Shown piece after piece: positions 23,957 to 37,516 of a stretch of 64,000 nucleotides of DNA (positions are counted from its first letter, which is position 1; every line of letters begins with the position of its first letter). The translations under genes and the position numbers were made by a program. The notes under the pieces were generated by a model that was not told where the DNA came from, searched no databases, and saw only the letters and a program-made list of their open reading frames with translations. Location of the stretch: positions 1 to 64,000 of the forward strand of contig NIVC01003474.1 of assembly GCA_002269645.1 (NCBI GenBank), written 5' to 3'. This DNA is from Macrostomum lignano. Its lineage: Eukaryota.

Positions 23957-24723
23957 CACTAGTAAATATAGCTTTTTGCAGCCCATTTGAGCCTACGCGC
24001 ACTAAATTTAATCCAAGATACGTTTGCCAATGTAATGGAGCTTTTGTCTATGGTAGCAAGGCTGCCACAGCGGCATTTGATTTGGTCCAACAAGCATCAA
24101 TTTGGTCCAAACCTCGTGAGCCATTCGGGAAATTCTTGCCTTCTCGCAACCGTCTGCAGGTTGTTCCGTACCGCTGGAATATCAGCGTCTCTACCAACAA
24201 TTTTCAGTCGCTTTTTCATAGCCCTGCCAATAGTCGAAATCCGATAACCAACTGTAGCTGTTCCTTCAACTTCTGCTGCATTTTTGCTCCGTTAACAAAG
24301 GGTTCGTCTCAACTGCATCGAGTAGCAGTTGGACCTGAGGCTCTCGCAACTTGCCTTGGCGATTTCCACCCTTTCGCAGGCGACGTCTGCCGCCAGTGGT
24401 TTCAACGCGCTGATGGATGCTGTAAACCATCTTTTCTGCAGCCTCGCAATGTTTTTTTGGTGTTCACCTCTGTCGAGTGCTTCGATCACAAGCCAATGGT
24501 TCGACAGCCTAGCACATGGTCCACAATTCTGGGGCTGATCTTGCTCCTCCGCAGCAGTTGCAAATGAAGCTATGGACCGAATTGATGCTTGTTGGATCAA
24601 ATGAAATGCTGCTGTGCCAGCCTTGCTACCATAGACAAAAGCTCCGTTACATTGGCAAACCTATCTTGGATTCACTCCAATGCGCGTAAGCCCAAATGGG
24701 CTGCAAAAAGCTATTTTTGTGTG
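23957..24723. mobile_element. MITE-like element with about 150-bp imperfect TIRs
   Basis: ATAGCTTTTTGCAGCCCATTT...TGGTCCA is mirrored at about 24565-24723; TSD not resolved. Confidence 0.65.
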
Positions 24724-26169
24724 ACTCGTAAACCTAAGCTGCAGCTTTTAGAGAAAAACCAACACTAATTAGCACCTAATACACTTTTCCCTGTAAATTA
24801 ATTGATGCTATATTCTAATGATATTCATCGACTCTATCAACTGATTTATGCAACATTTATCCAGGACTTACAGCCATTACTATACAAAAAGTCAGTATCC
24901 ATGCCTTTTTGCGAGCGCGTAAAAACCCTTTAACAATGAGAGTTTTATTCAGTCCAAATGCATAAATTTTGCTCCAAGTGAGCGGGTTAAAAGAAAAAAT
25001 CTGCGATTACTTTTTTGGAAAAGACTTTCAGAAACTTTTCCTGATGAAGACAAAAATCTGGTTCCGTCAGAATTGAACGGCAAACAGTCCGCTTGTCAGC
25101 ATTGTCCGCCCAACTCCGGATAAACCGGCTGAATCGTTCTTAGCAAAGAGTTTTTTCTTTCCGGCTTGTATCGATTTATACGTTTGTTTTACTAGGCCAT
25201 GCTTCCTGTGGAGTTCAACTTTTGAGCAACTCAAGTTTCTGTTCACGCACGATTAATTGACTCTCGCTGACGCGTCAATTAAAACTTATTTGCACCAATG
25301 AGGAAGTAATTTCTAAAGACAAATAGTAACCTTTAAAAATGACGATTTGTCGAATGCTGAGATAATTTCCGTAGCATTGTCGCAGCCTGACTTACGACTG
25401 ATTCCCGTCGCCAAGCTAAACAGCTTTTTGTGTGCCGCACTGCCACCTACCCAAGCTTGTCTTCCAAGCGACCCCTATCATCTTCGTCCGTCTTGTTGAT
25501 TGAAGTTCAAGACTTGCACAGCAGCCGTGGCGACTTGTACCTACCTGTGAGATCAAGGTGGGTCGATGATTTTTGAGCCATCTAAAGGCCATGCATAGTT
25601 TGGAAAGCGTTTTTGCGCGGGGCTCTGTCTGCAGTTTATTTCGTTCTTTCTGATCGTTTCTGTCTGATTTCTGTTTAGTTCCTTCGTGGCCTTTGAGCCT
25701 GCTTTTGTTTGGTTGTGCGTTTGAAAGACTTAATGACGAGCATCCGGCCCCGCTGATCGAATTCTTGTGCAAGTTTGATGCTTTTCGTTTCCTCATTGCG
25801 AAGGAGACGCAATTGCGAATGAAGTCTCATTGCGAAGGGACTTCCACATGGACATACCAGTATCCATGTACTATAACAAACTACTATAAAATTTATCGTT
25901 GCACCAGGACGTAAGTTTTCTGTTACTTAGCACTAAATTGGAAACCTCTTAGCATTGTGGCTTCGAGAAGTGCAAAATGTGCATTTAAAATCTTACATGC
26001 TAGAGAATGAAGAGTTCCACAACTAAAAAAACAATTAAAAACCGAAATTGCTACTTTAAGTAAAATATTAAAATATCTGAGCATTAATCTTTAGACAATA
26101 AAAGTGGAATCAATAAAGTCTCACCTTTTCCAAGTTATTACGGTAAATGCGCTCATATTCAGCAAAGCA

Positions 26170-27028
26170 AGCGATTCTCATTCTCACGTGCAAGGTGAGC
26201 ACTCACTACTTTGGCTACATGGCATTCTTCGTGAAGACGAACAAGTGGACCTGGTTCACTAATTCGAGAGGTTGGGGACTCGCTTGGTGCATTGTGTACG
26301 ACTTCTTCACCTACTATGGGCTGGTAGGATCCCAGTTTTTTCAACTGGGTCTCACGGTAGATCGGCTGATTGCGGTAGCGGCTCCGATGAAGGCCAAGGT
26401 GATTCTGACACATCGGAGAAGCTGGGTAATGCTGAGCATGTTCATGTTCATGTTCGTCGCGAATCGGACGTGGAACGACGCCACTAACAACTGTGGATTA
26501 CGAAGTGTCAACTATCTAGAGGTATACCAGCCGGCCGAGTTCTACTTCGGCAGGGTGTTCCTCGTTCTGGCGCTGACGTCGGGCACGGTGGCCATCTGCG
26601 TGCTGCTGGCCTGGAACAACAGGACCGCTCGGCGAATGCACTCCGACACGGCCGGCTCTGAGCAGCAGCAGCGGAGCAACCGAGAGCGACAGAGGTCGCT
26701 TGTTCGGATCAGCCTCATGCTGGTCTTCATCAACGTCTTCTTTCTGATCACGTCTCTGCCGTGGAGCATCGGCGCTCTGCTCGAAGACCAGCTGGTTACT
26801 GAACTTGGAGTCAACCCTTTCATATTGATGATGCGGCACTTCAACTCGCTGCTGTACGCGAACAACGCCCTGTCCTGGGTGACGTACTTGATGGGACGGA
26901 ACTTCCGAGAGGCTTTTTGCCGAGTGTGGCTGTCCCTGTGCTGCTGCTGCTGCTGCGCCTCCTGCCGTCGTCGACTGAACGCTTCAAGCAGCAGCTCGAC
27001 GGCGAGCACTCGACAGAGCGTACGTTAG
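26170..27028 (+). pseudogene. GPCR copy C, lacking N-terminus/TM1, with an in-frame TM4 deletion
   Basis: Homology starts at TTCTCATTCTCACGTGCAAG (TM2). TM4 is replaced by ATGTTC repeats. The frame is open to the stop at 27028. Confidence 0.8.
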
Positions 27029-29129
27029 GACTCAGACCGAGCATGATTGCAGGGTCTTTGAGCTGCTTGACTCGTGAACTGACAGAATTTTTAATACGTT
27101 TTCGAGAATCAAGGCAATCTTTATTTCTTTTTTGGCTTCAGCTTTAATGACATAGTTTCTGTAAATGTCTGGTTATTACTCTTTACTGGCTATTTTCTGT
27201 CCATTTTTCTTCTGGCAGTGCTCAGTTCGTTAGCGCTTTTGCCGCCCGAAATGGAAAGTCGAGCATGCTAATTGGCTGTCAGTTGCTGAGTTTGTCTGCT
27301 TGTGAAAGCCGCTTTGAGGAGTGACAAATCAGGCTGAGATGCAATTAACCTGGCTGTTATCTTTTATAGCAATTGAGGTTCAGCTGTAAGATCCGAGTTT
27401 CTTAACTCTGTGCTCAACGTCCGAATGTAAAGCATGTGACAACTGGTCACATATCGTTAGATCGCCTGGCCTAAAACTTACGTTGCACTGCTGACTTGCA
27501 GTGTGCCTAACAGTTTAAAAGTCAACAACTTTAAATTGATAAAATAGATTGGAGTAAATTCATGGATAAAATCGACAGAGAGAAAAGATCAACAATGGAA
27601 TTATACCTATCTCTAAGACAAGTGCGTCTCTATAGAAGTTTCCCTCATTGAGTTCAGCGCCTTTTGTCGATATCGAGCAACCTTTTTGTCGAGAGTTCGC
27701 TGGAGTAACTAAAGCATTTGGCATTTGGCAAGGGTCGATTTTTGCAGTCAGCTCTGGGCAAGAGCTCTTTTCCTGGCACTCATCAGCTATCACCAGCAAG
27801 TTATGTAGCTATCAACTTTCATGTTAATTTATGCTAAAAATTACAGAGCCAACCTAATTAGTAAAACGTAGCCTTAGTTTATTTTCGATAATTTTTCATA
27901 TGTGAATACGAAAAAATAGGGCTTTATTGTACGACTTTACATCCCCGATTAGGTTTTTTAGTTGTTTTTTAGTTAGTTTTTCAACCAAAAATTCTCTCAT
28001 TTCCTGATCGGCCTTGCACAATCCTTTTTTCCGAACACCGCGAGGAAGGGATTCCACTCTGCCATCGAATCGAAAGTTGGCAGCGATTCGGAATGCGGTT
28101 GTTTTTCTGATTTGCAAGATTCTTGCAGCTTCTGCGATGGATGACCATTGTTTGATCGAGTGAGGGACAGAGAACTATAAAATCTCAGTCCGATTCCCGT
28201 ACTTTTCCCGTATTGAATGTCCAAAGTTATTGTCTATGGCTAAGCCTCGCTCAGTAGACATTGCTAAACTGCTAAAGTCCATGACTAGGGTGTGATCTGA
28301 GGCCTGGCTTGAATGTCTTTGGCATCCCATCTTGATATTGTCCTAATTCCCATTTATATCGTCAGAAGCGAGACTATGGATTGCTCATCGGAAATAATCT
28401 ATGGTCAATTTGGCTTCTCGAAACTTGGAATTTACCTCCTTAGGTATCTATTGGCTGATGAAAGTTGAAAATAATCCCCCGTAGGGTTTGACTCGCTTTT
28501 GAGTCGTCAGGATGGGGAAATCCAAAGATCGGGGTGTGAGCTTGACTTTCGATTTCATAGAATATTGTTGCAGTACACAGATAAGCAGCCAAGCTGAAGT
28601 TGCTCCCTCAAGCTCAACAACTCAGAGACATGCACGCTGATGGGATCGCTCGAGTAACATGTTTACTCGAGGTGACGTTGGCCTGCTGCACCTACATAGA
28701 ATACATGTACATGTACACGTATACTTTCAAAATCTGTGACACACATGAGGCACTAATACAACCTTGTAGGCTCGTGCATACATTTAAATCATCGCACCAA
28801 ACGAACCGTGACCACACCCATGCAGGTCCCCGAGGCACATCCTGTGACGCTGTTTTTTCGTCTCTTTTTAAGACCTTTTGTACTCGTACGTGTAGCAGTG
28901 TGTGTGTGTTTTGCGGCTGCTACTTGTACGTCTCAAGTTATTAAACTAGTATAGGTTCATTTATCGCTATTCTATTCATACTACAGCTAGATTGTCTAAC
29001 TACTGAAGCCAGTCATCCACAAAAATTAGGCGTTAAAAATAAAAAAATCGCGATTAAACTGATTATCTGAAGCAAATGTGCTAAACAATTCTGTTTTTAT
29101 TACGTCTGCACATTAAGGAGTGAAAACCT

Positions 29130-29560
29130 GATGCCATTAATCGTGCACTGACTGCCCCCAGTTCGGCTTTGGAAACAAAGTGTCTCAAAGAAAATTTCAG
29201 TAGGAGGTCGTCGTGATCTTCACCCCGTCATGTACCAGGAATGGCCTCACAACAGTGCGGACCAGATCATGATTCCATTGCCTTTTTATGGTATGCACGT
29301 GCATGGTTATAGGAGTCTAACCGGATGGCGCCCAGCTCTGGCCCAGCCATCAGTCTTGAAGTCCCTCTTCCATTTCAGACGCCTCTCACGATAACTTTTG
29401 GTCTGCAACGGCCTTGGCAAAGATCGTGAAATGCTGTGCGATACTGCCCCTTCGGCCCCGATCCGGCTCAAACAGGGTCTCACTGCACAGAACACAGGCA
29501 ACCTCTTGCTTGATCTGACACCGAGACACTAGCTTGAAATTTTTGGAGACAACGTTGCCC
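29130..29560 (-). mobile_element. Tc1/mariner-like transposase remnant (duplicate at about 44620-45040)
   Basis: Minus strand PLQTKSYRERRLKWKRDFKT-DGWARAG..PVRL...GNGIMIWSAL resembles the DGW.RGW...P.R.RRQQGGG.VM.W segment of Tc1-like transposases; broken frames. Confidence 0.45.
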
Positions 29561-30331
29561 ACCCTGCTAGCGTCAGCGAACTTGATTGTTGGATGGTTAC
29601 GACTAATATTGGCTAGAAAATGCGATCTTTTATTAATATGCTGAAAAATTATCAAAATTAGCGGAATTAGCGGATGAGCAGTACCTTCGATAGTTTGGAC
29701 TTAATTTCGAGGTCTGCGTCTGCTTATAATGCGGTCCAATACAAAATTTAAAAATAGACAGCGGACAATCAGCTACAAAAGTCAGCGTTCCTCAACTTGG
29801 GGCCATGGGGCTCGGTCAATCTGAGCTTTTTTGGACAGTGCCATGGTTTTTAGCTTGCCCATTATGGCTCGTGGATGTTGTCAGAGTCGTGATTGCGATA
29901 ACACTCGTAAATTTCTATTATATTAAACTGCGCAAAAGCTTAAGTTTGAGCAAGTTTTGGGAATAAGGTGCGTGAATGTATAGAAATCAATATATGCAAT
30001 ATGAACACTACATGTACATGCTAATTGAGACCATGTGAAGAGATTACATGCAACTTCAAGTCTAGCATTTTTCTCACATGACTGGCTATCGCTTGGTCAT
30101 AGACCCTTAATTCTTTAATTGTACCATGACTCTTTACCCTTTGGGCAAATAATGTCCTTTGATTCCAAGCTCTCGTTACCACCCAAAGAATAAAGTGACA
30201 CAAGTAAAGCAGAAAATGGGACAAATACATGTCTATGGCCGAAACCTCATTATCTTGCAAGTACAGCAACGCCTAGACCACGAGTGCGCGTCGCACATCT
30301 ACCAACATCTCCCAATAGTACTCGTGTATTA

Positions 30332-30648
30332 CACATTTTGCGTTCTATTTCGATAAGGCTACATTCAATTTCGGCATCGCATCGTATATTCAATTTCGGC
30401 AGCCAGCGCCTCGTGACATAGACTGTCTATGGAAATAGACGCATCTAAACGCAGTTTGCCGAATTTGAATATCAGTTTGTCTAAATAGAAACTCGAGTTG
30501 CCGAAATTGGATGCAGTTTGCCGAAATTGGTTCACGGTTTGTCGAATTCGAATGCAGTTTGGATGTGCGGCCATAAGCTGATGCCGAAAATGAAAGCCAG
30601 TTTGCCGAAATTGAATGCAGTTTTATCGAAATAGAACGCATAAAGGTG
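30332..30648. mobile_element. TA-flanked MITE with about 45-bp TIRs and internal CAGTTTGCCGAAATTG repeats
   Basis: TA|CAC(A/C)TTT..GCGTTCTATTTCGATAA at both ends; absent from the duplicate copy near 45810. Confidence 0.8.
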
Positions 30649-32054
30649 TAGTTGTAATGCCTAACGGTTCCCTCTGATTTCCCATTTACGCCCTTAAAGC
30701 ATGGGTATTTCTATACTGCATTAATACCCATGCTTTACGCTCGTAAAGGCGTTAATGGAACGCCGCAGGCGGGCAGGTCAGGGCCAAGATCAGATACACG
30801 CAAGATCTGGGCCACGCATTAACCACTTAATGTGGCGATTGAAGCTAATGTGAAAAAGATTTTGCAACTTGCGACTGCTGAACTGTAGAGACTACTTTCG
30901 TCAGTAGTCTCTAAAATTCCCCTTATTACCGCAATACAAAGTGGCCCATCTAGAGAATATAAGATCCATGGGCAGGGGAACGGTAGCAAAGATTCAGAAC
31001 AATCAGAGTTCACATTTAGCAAGTACACAAACGTAACTGAGAATATCACTGGGCTCATCACGTTACTTTTTGATTGTATTTTTATATAACAGAATGTTTA
31101 CTCCGACGAATATTGAATGAAGTCAAGTGAAAACTAAACTCGCAATAGGCTGGATGAAACTATAAACTTCTGGCAGTGCAAAAGCAGCGCGATGTAAGAG
31201 TGAGAGCGCGATTTTAATACAGGAAATAAAACTGTCGTATACATTCAGAAACAATTACAATTCGTTTTCTATAAGAATGAGGGCAAAAGTCGGAAGTGAA
31301 AGGCTAACCGACCAAACAAAATTATTTACAACTGACAAAACTTTCAAAGGTAGCCAGGGTAAATCGATCGCTCTCATTTAAACAAAAATTATGTTAAAGT
31401 ACGAAAGCTAATTAAGCGATTGCTTCAACACCACAGCAATACGAAGAATTAAACAATAAATCAATTAAATACTTGCAGAGAAATCAGATTCCTGTAATAT
31501 GTAAATCAGATTTTACAAATGCGTACATATTCCGAGAAGCCATAAGTCATTGCAGCACAGTTTTATCGTGCATCTGCATCAGCTATCAAGAAATCATCTA
31601 GATCCACAACAGAGCTGAAACTCGTCAAGCCAGTGGGTGCAATCACAATTCGCTATCAATAAGACTGACAATGTGTCACGGTTTGTAAAAGCGAACATTT
31701 ATGAAAAAGCGATACAATCCTACCAAATTAGTCACTCGACTTTGTAAGCTTTACTTAAAAGCACTTTAAAATTAAACTGCCTACAAAGAAAAGCGTATTA
31801 AGGTTGTGCTGCAGTGGAGCTGGTGATACACAAATACCTCTCGATCAGGACTGCAAATTGGACAGAAAGACCGACATGAACGAAGCCAGTCAGCAAACGG
31901 CCGGGGCGCAACGCGATGAAACAACCATGAGAGCCATCATGATGCACCAAAAACTGACTTTCGAAGCACTCGAGGATCTGCTAAAGGATCTGCGCTGCAA
32001 TAACCAGCTATATAATGGGTTGATATCACCCAGCAACTCTCTGGAGACTTTAGA

Positions 32055-32290
32055 CATGGTATCGGCAAACCTTTTTACCTGGAGGGCAAGATAGAGAATC
32101 CAAGAGCATGACTGTTTGCCAGATGAGAGAGGAAAGGAGAGGGAATAGAGGAGAGAGAAGAGGAAAGATAAGATGAAAGATGAGATGGTAGAGAAGATAA
32201 GAAGAGAGAAAAAGGGAAGAAAGAGTGGAGATTAGAAAAAAGAAAATAGAGGGAAGAGACGAGAGAGAAGTTTCGAAGGACCTAAGGAAT
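32055..32290. mobile_element. Partial hAT MITE, GA-rich family (duplicate at about 47226-47460)
   Basis: Starts CATGG(T/G)ATCGGCAAACCTTTTT; GGCAAGATAGAGAATCC..CATGACTG matches the reverse complement of the 49576-49906 copy. Confidence 0.55.
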
Positions 32291-32719
32291 GGAGAGAGAG
32301 GCCAGAGGCCAGAGTCCAGAGCTTGTAACGCAGGTTTAGACAGATGTGGCCTGTCATCGACATCATTCCGCGCGGCACCCCAGCCGAAGAGATCCAATGC
32401 TTGCCTCAAATTTTGCATCTGTGGCAGTCAGTTAAAAAGCTGCAATTGGGAATCAGCATTAGGGCCGCAGTTTATGGGGATAAAACGGCTTATATCAATT
32501 TTGAGTCCCAAGAATGAAACAAGCATGACTTTACATTTGAGCGAATCTCTAGGAGATGATTCTAAGCCCGATCAGACAGGAATGTGTTTTAAGAATGTAT
32601 GCAAAAACAGTCCCTGGATTGGAATTCAACGGGTTCAAAATCAAGCTTGTCTATATATATATAGATATGAATACTCTGTCTGTGTGTCTGTGTACAAAGT
32701 TGATCACTATGGACTCCCA

Positions 32720-34230
32720 AACCGCAAATATTGTGTGTAATAAAATTGTTGAATTCAGACAATCACTGCCTAGTGCTGCCTGGAGGGCCATTAACCAGCT
32801 GACTGGCAGGAAGCCCAGGCTCAACATAATATTCGGTGCTGATTCCACCGAGCACCGCAAGGCCTTGCTGACCACCCACTACCGCGAGGTGCTCAACGCG
32901 CGTCTTCTGCCAATCCCAGACTTCGCTCCAGCCCAGCCAGGTGCCTTCAACACCGGCCCCTTCACTTCAGGCGAGGTTGGCCGAGCGCTGACGACCATGC
33001 GAGCTGATGCCGCTTCTGGGGTTGACACCATCCGTCCCAGGGTCCTGAAGCTGCCTGAGCTCCACTCCAAGCATCACCAGCTTGCTGAACAAGCACTGCA
33101 GCCTTGGAGGCTACGAGGCTGCCCCAGCTCCTCAGCAATGGCGCACCTCCAAGATTGTCTCCACCAGCCTCCACCAGCCTGGACAACCAGCGGGGCATCG
33201 CTCTGGAATGCACAACGCCGAAGCTGCTGACCGCAATTCTGCACATCCGCCTCCTGCCCGGCCTCAACCCGCTGCTGCTGAGCCAACAAAGCGGCTTCCG
33301 TCCGGGCAGGTCCACCACCGAGCAGGTTGCCACCATCCGCTCTGTCATCGAGGCCTGCAATACTTGCCAGCGTTCCGTGTCAATCATCTTTGTCGACTTT
33401 TGCAAGGCATTTACACGATAGGTGTCCAGGCCTGCAATCGGGTGGCTTCTATCTCACTATGAAGAAACTGCTGCGCTGGTGAGCGCGGTGATGGACCTCT
33501 ACCGCGACTCCAGGGCCTTTGTCGATCATTTCGAGCGATGGCATCACAGAACAGTTCGGCACCAGCTCAGGCGTCCTTCAGGGCGACACGCTGGCTCCCC
33601 TGCTTTCCTTCGTGGTTGTGGACTACATTTACGTGCTTCGTCGGTCCCTTCGCGAGGATGACAGCTACTTGCTGGTCTCACGCCGAAGCTCCAGACGCCC
33701 TGCTGTTTTGCTTCCCGCTCTCCGTATGCTGCCCAGTGGGCTCTCACAAGGCTCTGCGACGTGGGTGCCCGTGTTGGGCTGCTGGTGAATTCTCGCAAGA
33801 CAAAGGTGCTGCACGTGGGCACGAATACCGCCCCAAACTCTCACGCTGCGGTATGCGAGGACTTCCGGTACCTCGGCGCACTGGTGATGAACCTCGATGC
33901 GATTTTCTCTGACAGAAAGAACCAGGCCTGGCGCGCCGCGCACCTCCTCAGGAACATCTTCGATTCAGCTGCCAGAGACGACCTGAAGGTCTGACCTGTT
34001 CTGTTCGGCCGTAGAGCCGATCCTCTTGCAGGGCATGGAGGCGGTGCGGCTGACCGTCACGCGAAGGCGAGCCCTGGACGCGCTCTACCGATCGCTGCTG
34101 CGCTACGCGCTGGGCGTGCACCACGCGGAGCGCCAGCCGACATGCGCTGGAGCACCACCCTGAGCGCTATCCTGCGCCGGCGTCGTCAGATGCTCCTGGG
34201 CCACTGCCTACGGACCCTGGACCGCGGTGT
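32720..34230 (+). mobile_element. Degenerate non-LTR retrotransposon RT (RTE/RTEX/Proto2-like)
   Basis: GPFTSGEV..AL, ASGVD.I, NQRGIAL, QSGFRPGRSTTEQV, IFVDFCKAF, GVLQGDTLAP, GLLVNSRKTK, FRYLG; many frameshifts. Confidence 0.85.
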
Positions 34231-35857
34231 GCAACAGACAACAGAAAACAGGAAACAGACAGCACAGGTAGCTCCGCACAGGCCAGCAGATCGAGTGCAA
34301 GTGCGGCAGAAGGAGAGCAAACCCAGAATAGAAGCCCTCGATCACAGAAAAGATCAATCCCGTCGGCTCAAGGTTGGTGTTATTTTTCAGCTCTCTTTTT
34401 TCTATTCTCTTCTCTCTCCCCACTCTCCTCAATCCCCTCTTCTCTTATCTTATCTTCTATCTTTTCTGTCATCTCTCGCCTCTCTTCTCTTCTGTCATCT
34501 CTTATCTTCTATTCCCTACCCTATCCACTCTCATCAGATCTGCAGCCATGAGCTGGATTCTTTATCTGGCCCATGACGTAAAAAGCTTGCCTATCCTTGC
34601 TCCACTGGAGCTTGCGGGAACGCCATCGCCGCACAACCTCCAGTTAAAAGTGGGTGCACCAATTATACTACTTACTGCGCAATGTAAATGCCAAGCAACT
34701 CTTTTCGAATTGGATTGAGGCAAAAATCGTGACAGAATCTGGCAAAGGGAAATCTTTGTCTCTGACTTAGCTGAGCTGGTGGGTTGAAATGATCTGACGG
34801 AGTCGATGACTTGCAATAATTGCGCCTATTCGGACTAATGAAGCTTCTGTTGAATGTAACTATGCTGTTCCATCCTTGGAGTCACAAAGTAATCATTTTG
34901 GATCCTTTCTATAACGCCATCGGTGCCACATTGAGAGTGTTTGAGTTGATAGAGCGGATCACAAATAGCAATCACAAATGTTTAAGAATCCTCTCGAATC
35001 CTTGATCAGGAGATGAAAAAGCTATTTTTTCTGGAAAGGTTTTAACGGGAAAATACATAATTGCTTAACAAATTGGGGCACATAGTGAAGCCTGGTTCTT
35101 GCAAATAAAAAATCCAAGGCACGAAAAGTACCCCCAGTTTTCCCTAGTCTTTTGGCTTATCTAGCTATTTTTATTGAAAACGAAACGCAAGCAGGTGTTT
35201 TACAAGCAAATCGACTGTTTGCTAAAGCTTATACAGTTACAGCACGCTGGAACATGAGCGCTAAATTTTTTTGGTGCGCAAACAAGAAGCTGTCACACCA
35301 GCCTTTATCATCGCTTTTATACTATGCATGAATGGCGTGAAGGTGTAAAAAAGCCGGATGGTAAGCTCACACGTGGCCTTGAATTTGTACAGGCAAAGCT
35401 TAAACTGTGTGATGCCGCGTGCGTGACTATAACAGCTTAGCTGTTCAATCATTCTCTGGATCGCATAACACATGTGTAGGAGACACAGTTTGTCGAAAAG
35501 CGAAAACGCAACACCAGGCTTCCGGCAAACACACGCGCGACACGCAATATTGTAAGGCAGCTGATACAAGGGACACAACTGAGAATACAGAGACACGTGA
35601 ATTGCATTAATAATTCAAGACCAGCCACTCGAAATTCTAAGCATCCAGCAGTGTCTTTCACAGGACAAAGGACAAAACACCCAATAAAATGAAGATGAGT
35701 TTGCAGCCCACTGATCTGGCTTAATATTTCTATTGCCGGCAGAGGCGTTACGAGCTACGTTGCATGGTTTCATGTCAGGTTCGTGTGTCTCAAGCAGGCT
35801 CGTAGGTTTGTAAACAAAAAATGGTAAAACGTTATCTACGTGTAAGGGAGCTCTCTC

Positions 35858-36082
35858 CAGGGGTTGCTTTCACAAACGTGAAATTTCACAACCGCTAAAT
35901 CACCTACTTTCATTAACGCGAAATTTCATAACCGCGAAACTTCACAACCGCTAAATGTCATCTACTTTCACAACCGCGAAACTTCATAACCGCGAAACTT
36001 CACAACCGCTAAAAAGACTGCCGTATATGAAAGTAAGTGCTTTTAGCGGTTGTGAAATTTCACGCTTGTGAAACCCACCCCT
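35858..36082. mobile_element. MITE rich in GAAA(T/C)TTCA(C/T)AACCGC repeats; its duplicate (about 51075-56660) is the target of the Spy-like element
   Basis: TIR GGGT(T/G)G(C/G)TTTCACAA.CGTGAAATTTCACAACCGCTAAA at both ends; internal short tandem units. Confidence 0.7.
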
Positions 36083-37516
36083 CTCTAGGACTTGACTTGA
36101 GCCGGTGCTGCTGTGGTACGTACGAGCGACCACGAGACTCGAATAATGAATAAAAAACTGAAAACCTGGTTCTCTACATGGATCGATCCGCCCTTAGTCT
36201 TGTTGGATTTTAAATTGACTTCTTCCCTTGTTGGATCCGGACTTCCACCAATAGGCCCTGAAACGTGGCGACTGTCCATCATGAACTGCTGTGGGCTTCA
36301 TATCGGAGTTGCCTGGATGCTTGGGTCTTAGGGAGCTCAGGGAGCGTAATCTCGGATCCAGGCTCACTCACCATGTCTCTGTCCTCAACGATATTGTACT
36401 TTCACCGCGCCATCTGATTACTTTTCACCTCTGAAGTCAACCTCCGAACCGTAGATACGATTGGTGCACGGAAAAAGACCTTTAGTATGACCTTTCCTTC
36501 CCTTCTGCTATGGAAGTGTTGCTGACGATACTGAGACTACATACTTCTCATGATTCCTTTCCAGTACCAAACAGACATAGAGCCCGTTCTATAAAGCCAT
36601 CGTAAGATAAGATCGTTCTTAGCTCCCATCTCCGCAGTGTAAAAGTTCCAACTTACGCTACGACAGCTTTATAGTACATGTACGACCCCAAAATGCTGAC
36701 TCCAGACATCGAGTCTTGGGTGTTGGAATATTCGCTAGGCAATATTTATTTCTCTGAAAGCGTTCTCCAACGATACGATCAAGGGTGTGGTCATGCTAGC
36801 TAGGCCCTCTCGGTGAGTAGCCTAGGTGATTCACTCCACTCATTCATGCAGCAGCGAAAGAAGATCAATAGCAGATCAAACGCAATATAGCAAAGAAGCA
36901 AGTGGGGTTCATTCGAGTGTAATGTATTTCGGCTAAAGTAAAAGGAACTATTGACAGAAGCATCATTGCTCCTCAGTTGCTCTACTGATCGATTAAGCAT
37001 CTCATCGATCAATACTTTCCCAAATTTTCATCCAACAAGCAAGGATAGTTTTCAAGGAGATTGATTGATTTTCAAATCTATGGAAATTTTTCCCAACGAA
37101 ATGTCCCGTTGTTAAAACAATCCGATATTGGTGAACTGAAGCAAATCAATTGAAGGCTCAATTAGACAGAAAACTGTAACAATGGCGTGTGAAAGATCAA
37201 ATGAATGGCACATTTCCGTTCTATACTAAAAACTGTGGGTGTAAAAACTCAAAGGATTAAACAGATTCCAATCGGCCTTGCAATTGTGAACAGAAAACTC
37301 GATGCATCGTTAAAAAATCTAGAAAAAGTTCGCGAAAACCAATGGGAACACCTCACAGCTGCAAAATAGGCTAGGCTATTCAGCACGCACCTAACCTTGA
37401 GATTTTTGGGTATAAATATCAGCTCAAACCAATCATGCACTCGAATGCTGAAGAATCGAATTCATGCTTCATTCTTGCTGAAGCAACACTAAGATTGCTT
37501 TGTTCAAACCGAGCAG

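Noticed and set aside
25040-25080. CTGATGA as a hammerhead ribozyme core (also about 28396 and minus-strand about 27781/43264)
   Set aside because: No properly placed GAAA with a closing stem II, and no complementary stem I/III or cleavage triplet.
32050-32418. Hydrophobic Leu/Ser/Phe-rich ORFs (also 34374-34718, 47221-47598, 49615-50025) as membrane proteins
   Set aside because: They are translations of low-complexity TC/GA tracts of the hAT MITE family.
32055-34599. Composite hAT element capturing the LINE fragment between two inward-facing ends
   Set aside because: No matching 8-bp TSD, and the duplicate shows the right-hand piece is its own near-complete MITE (49576-49906).
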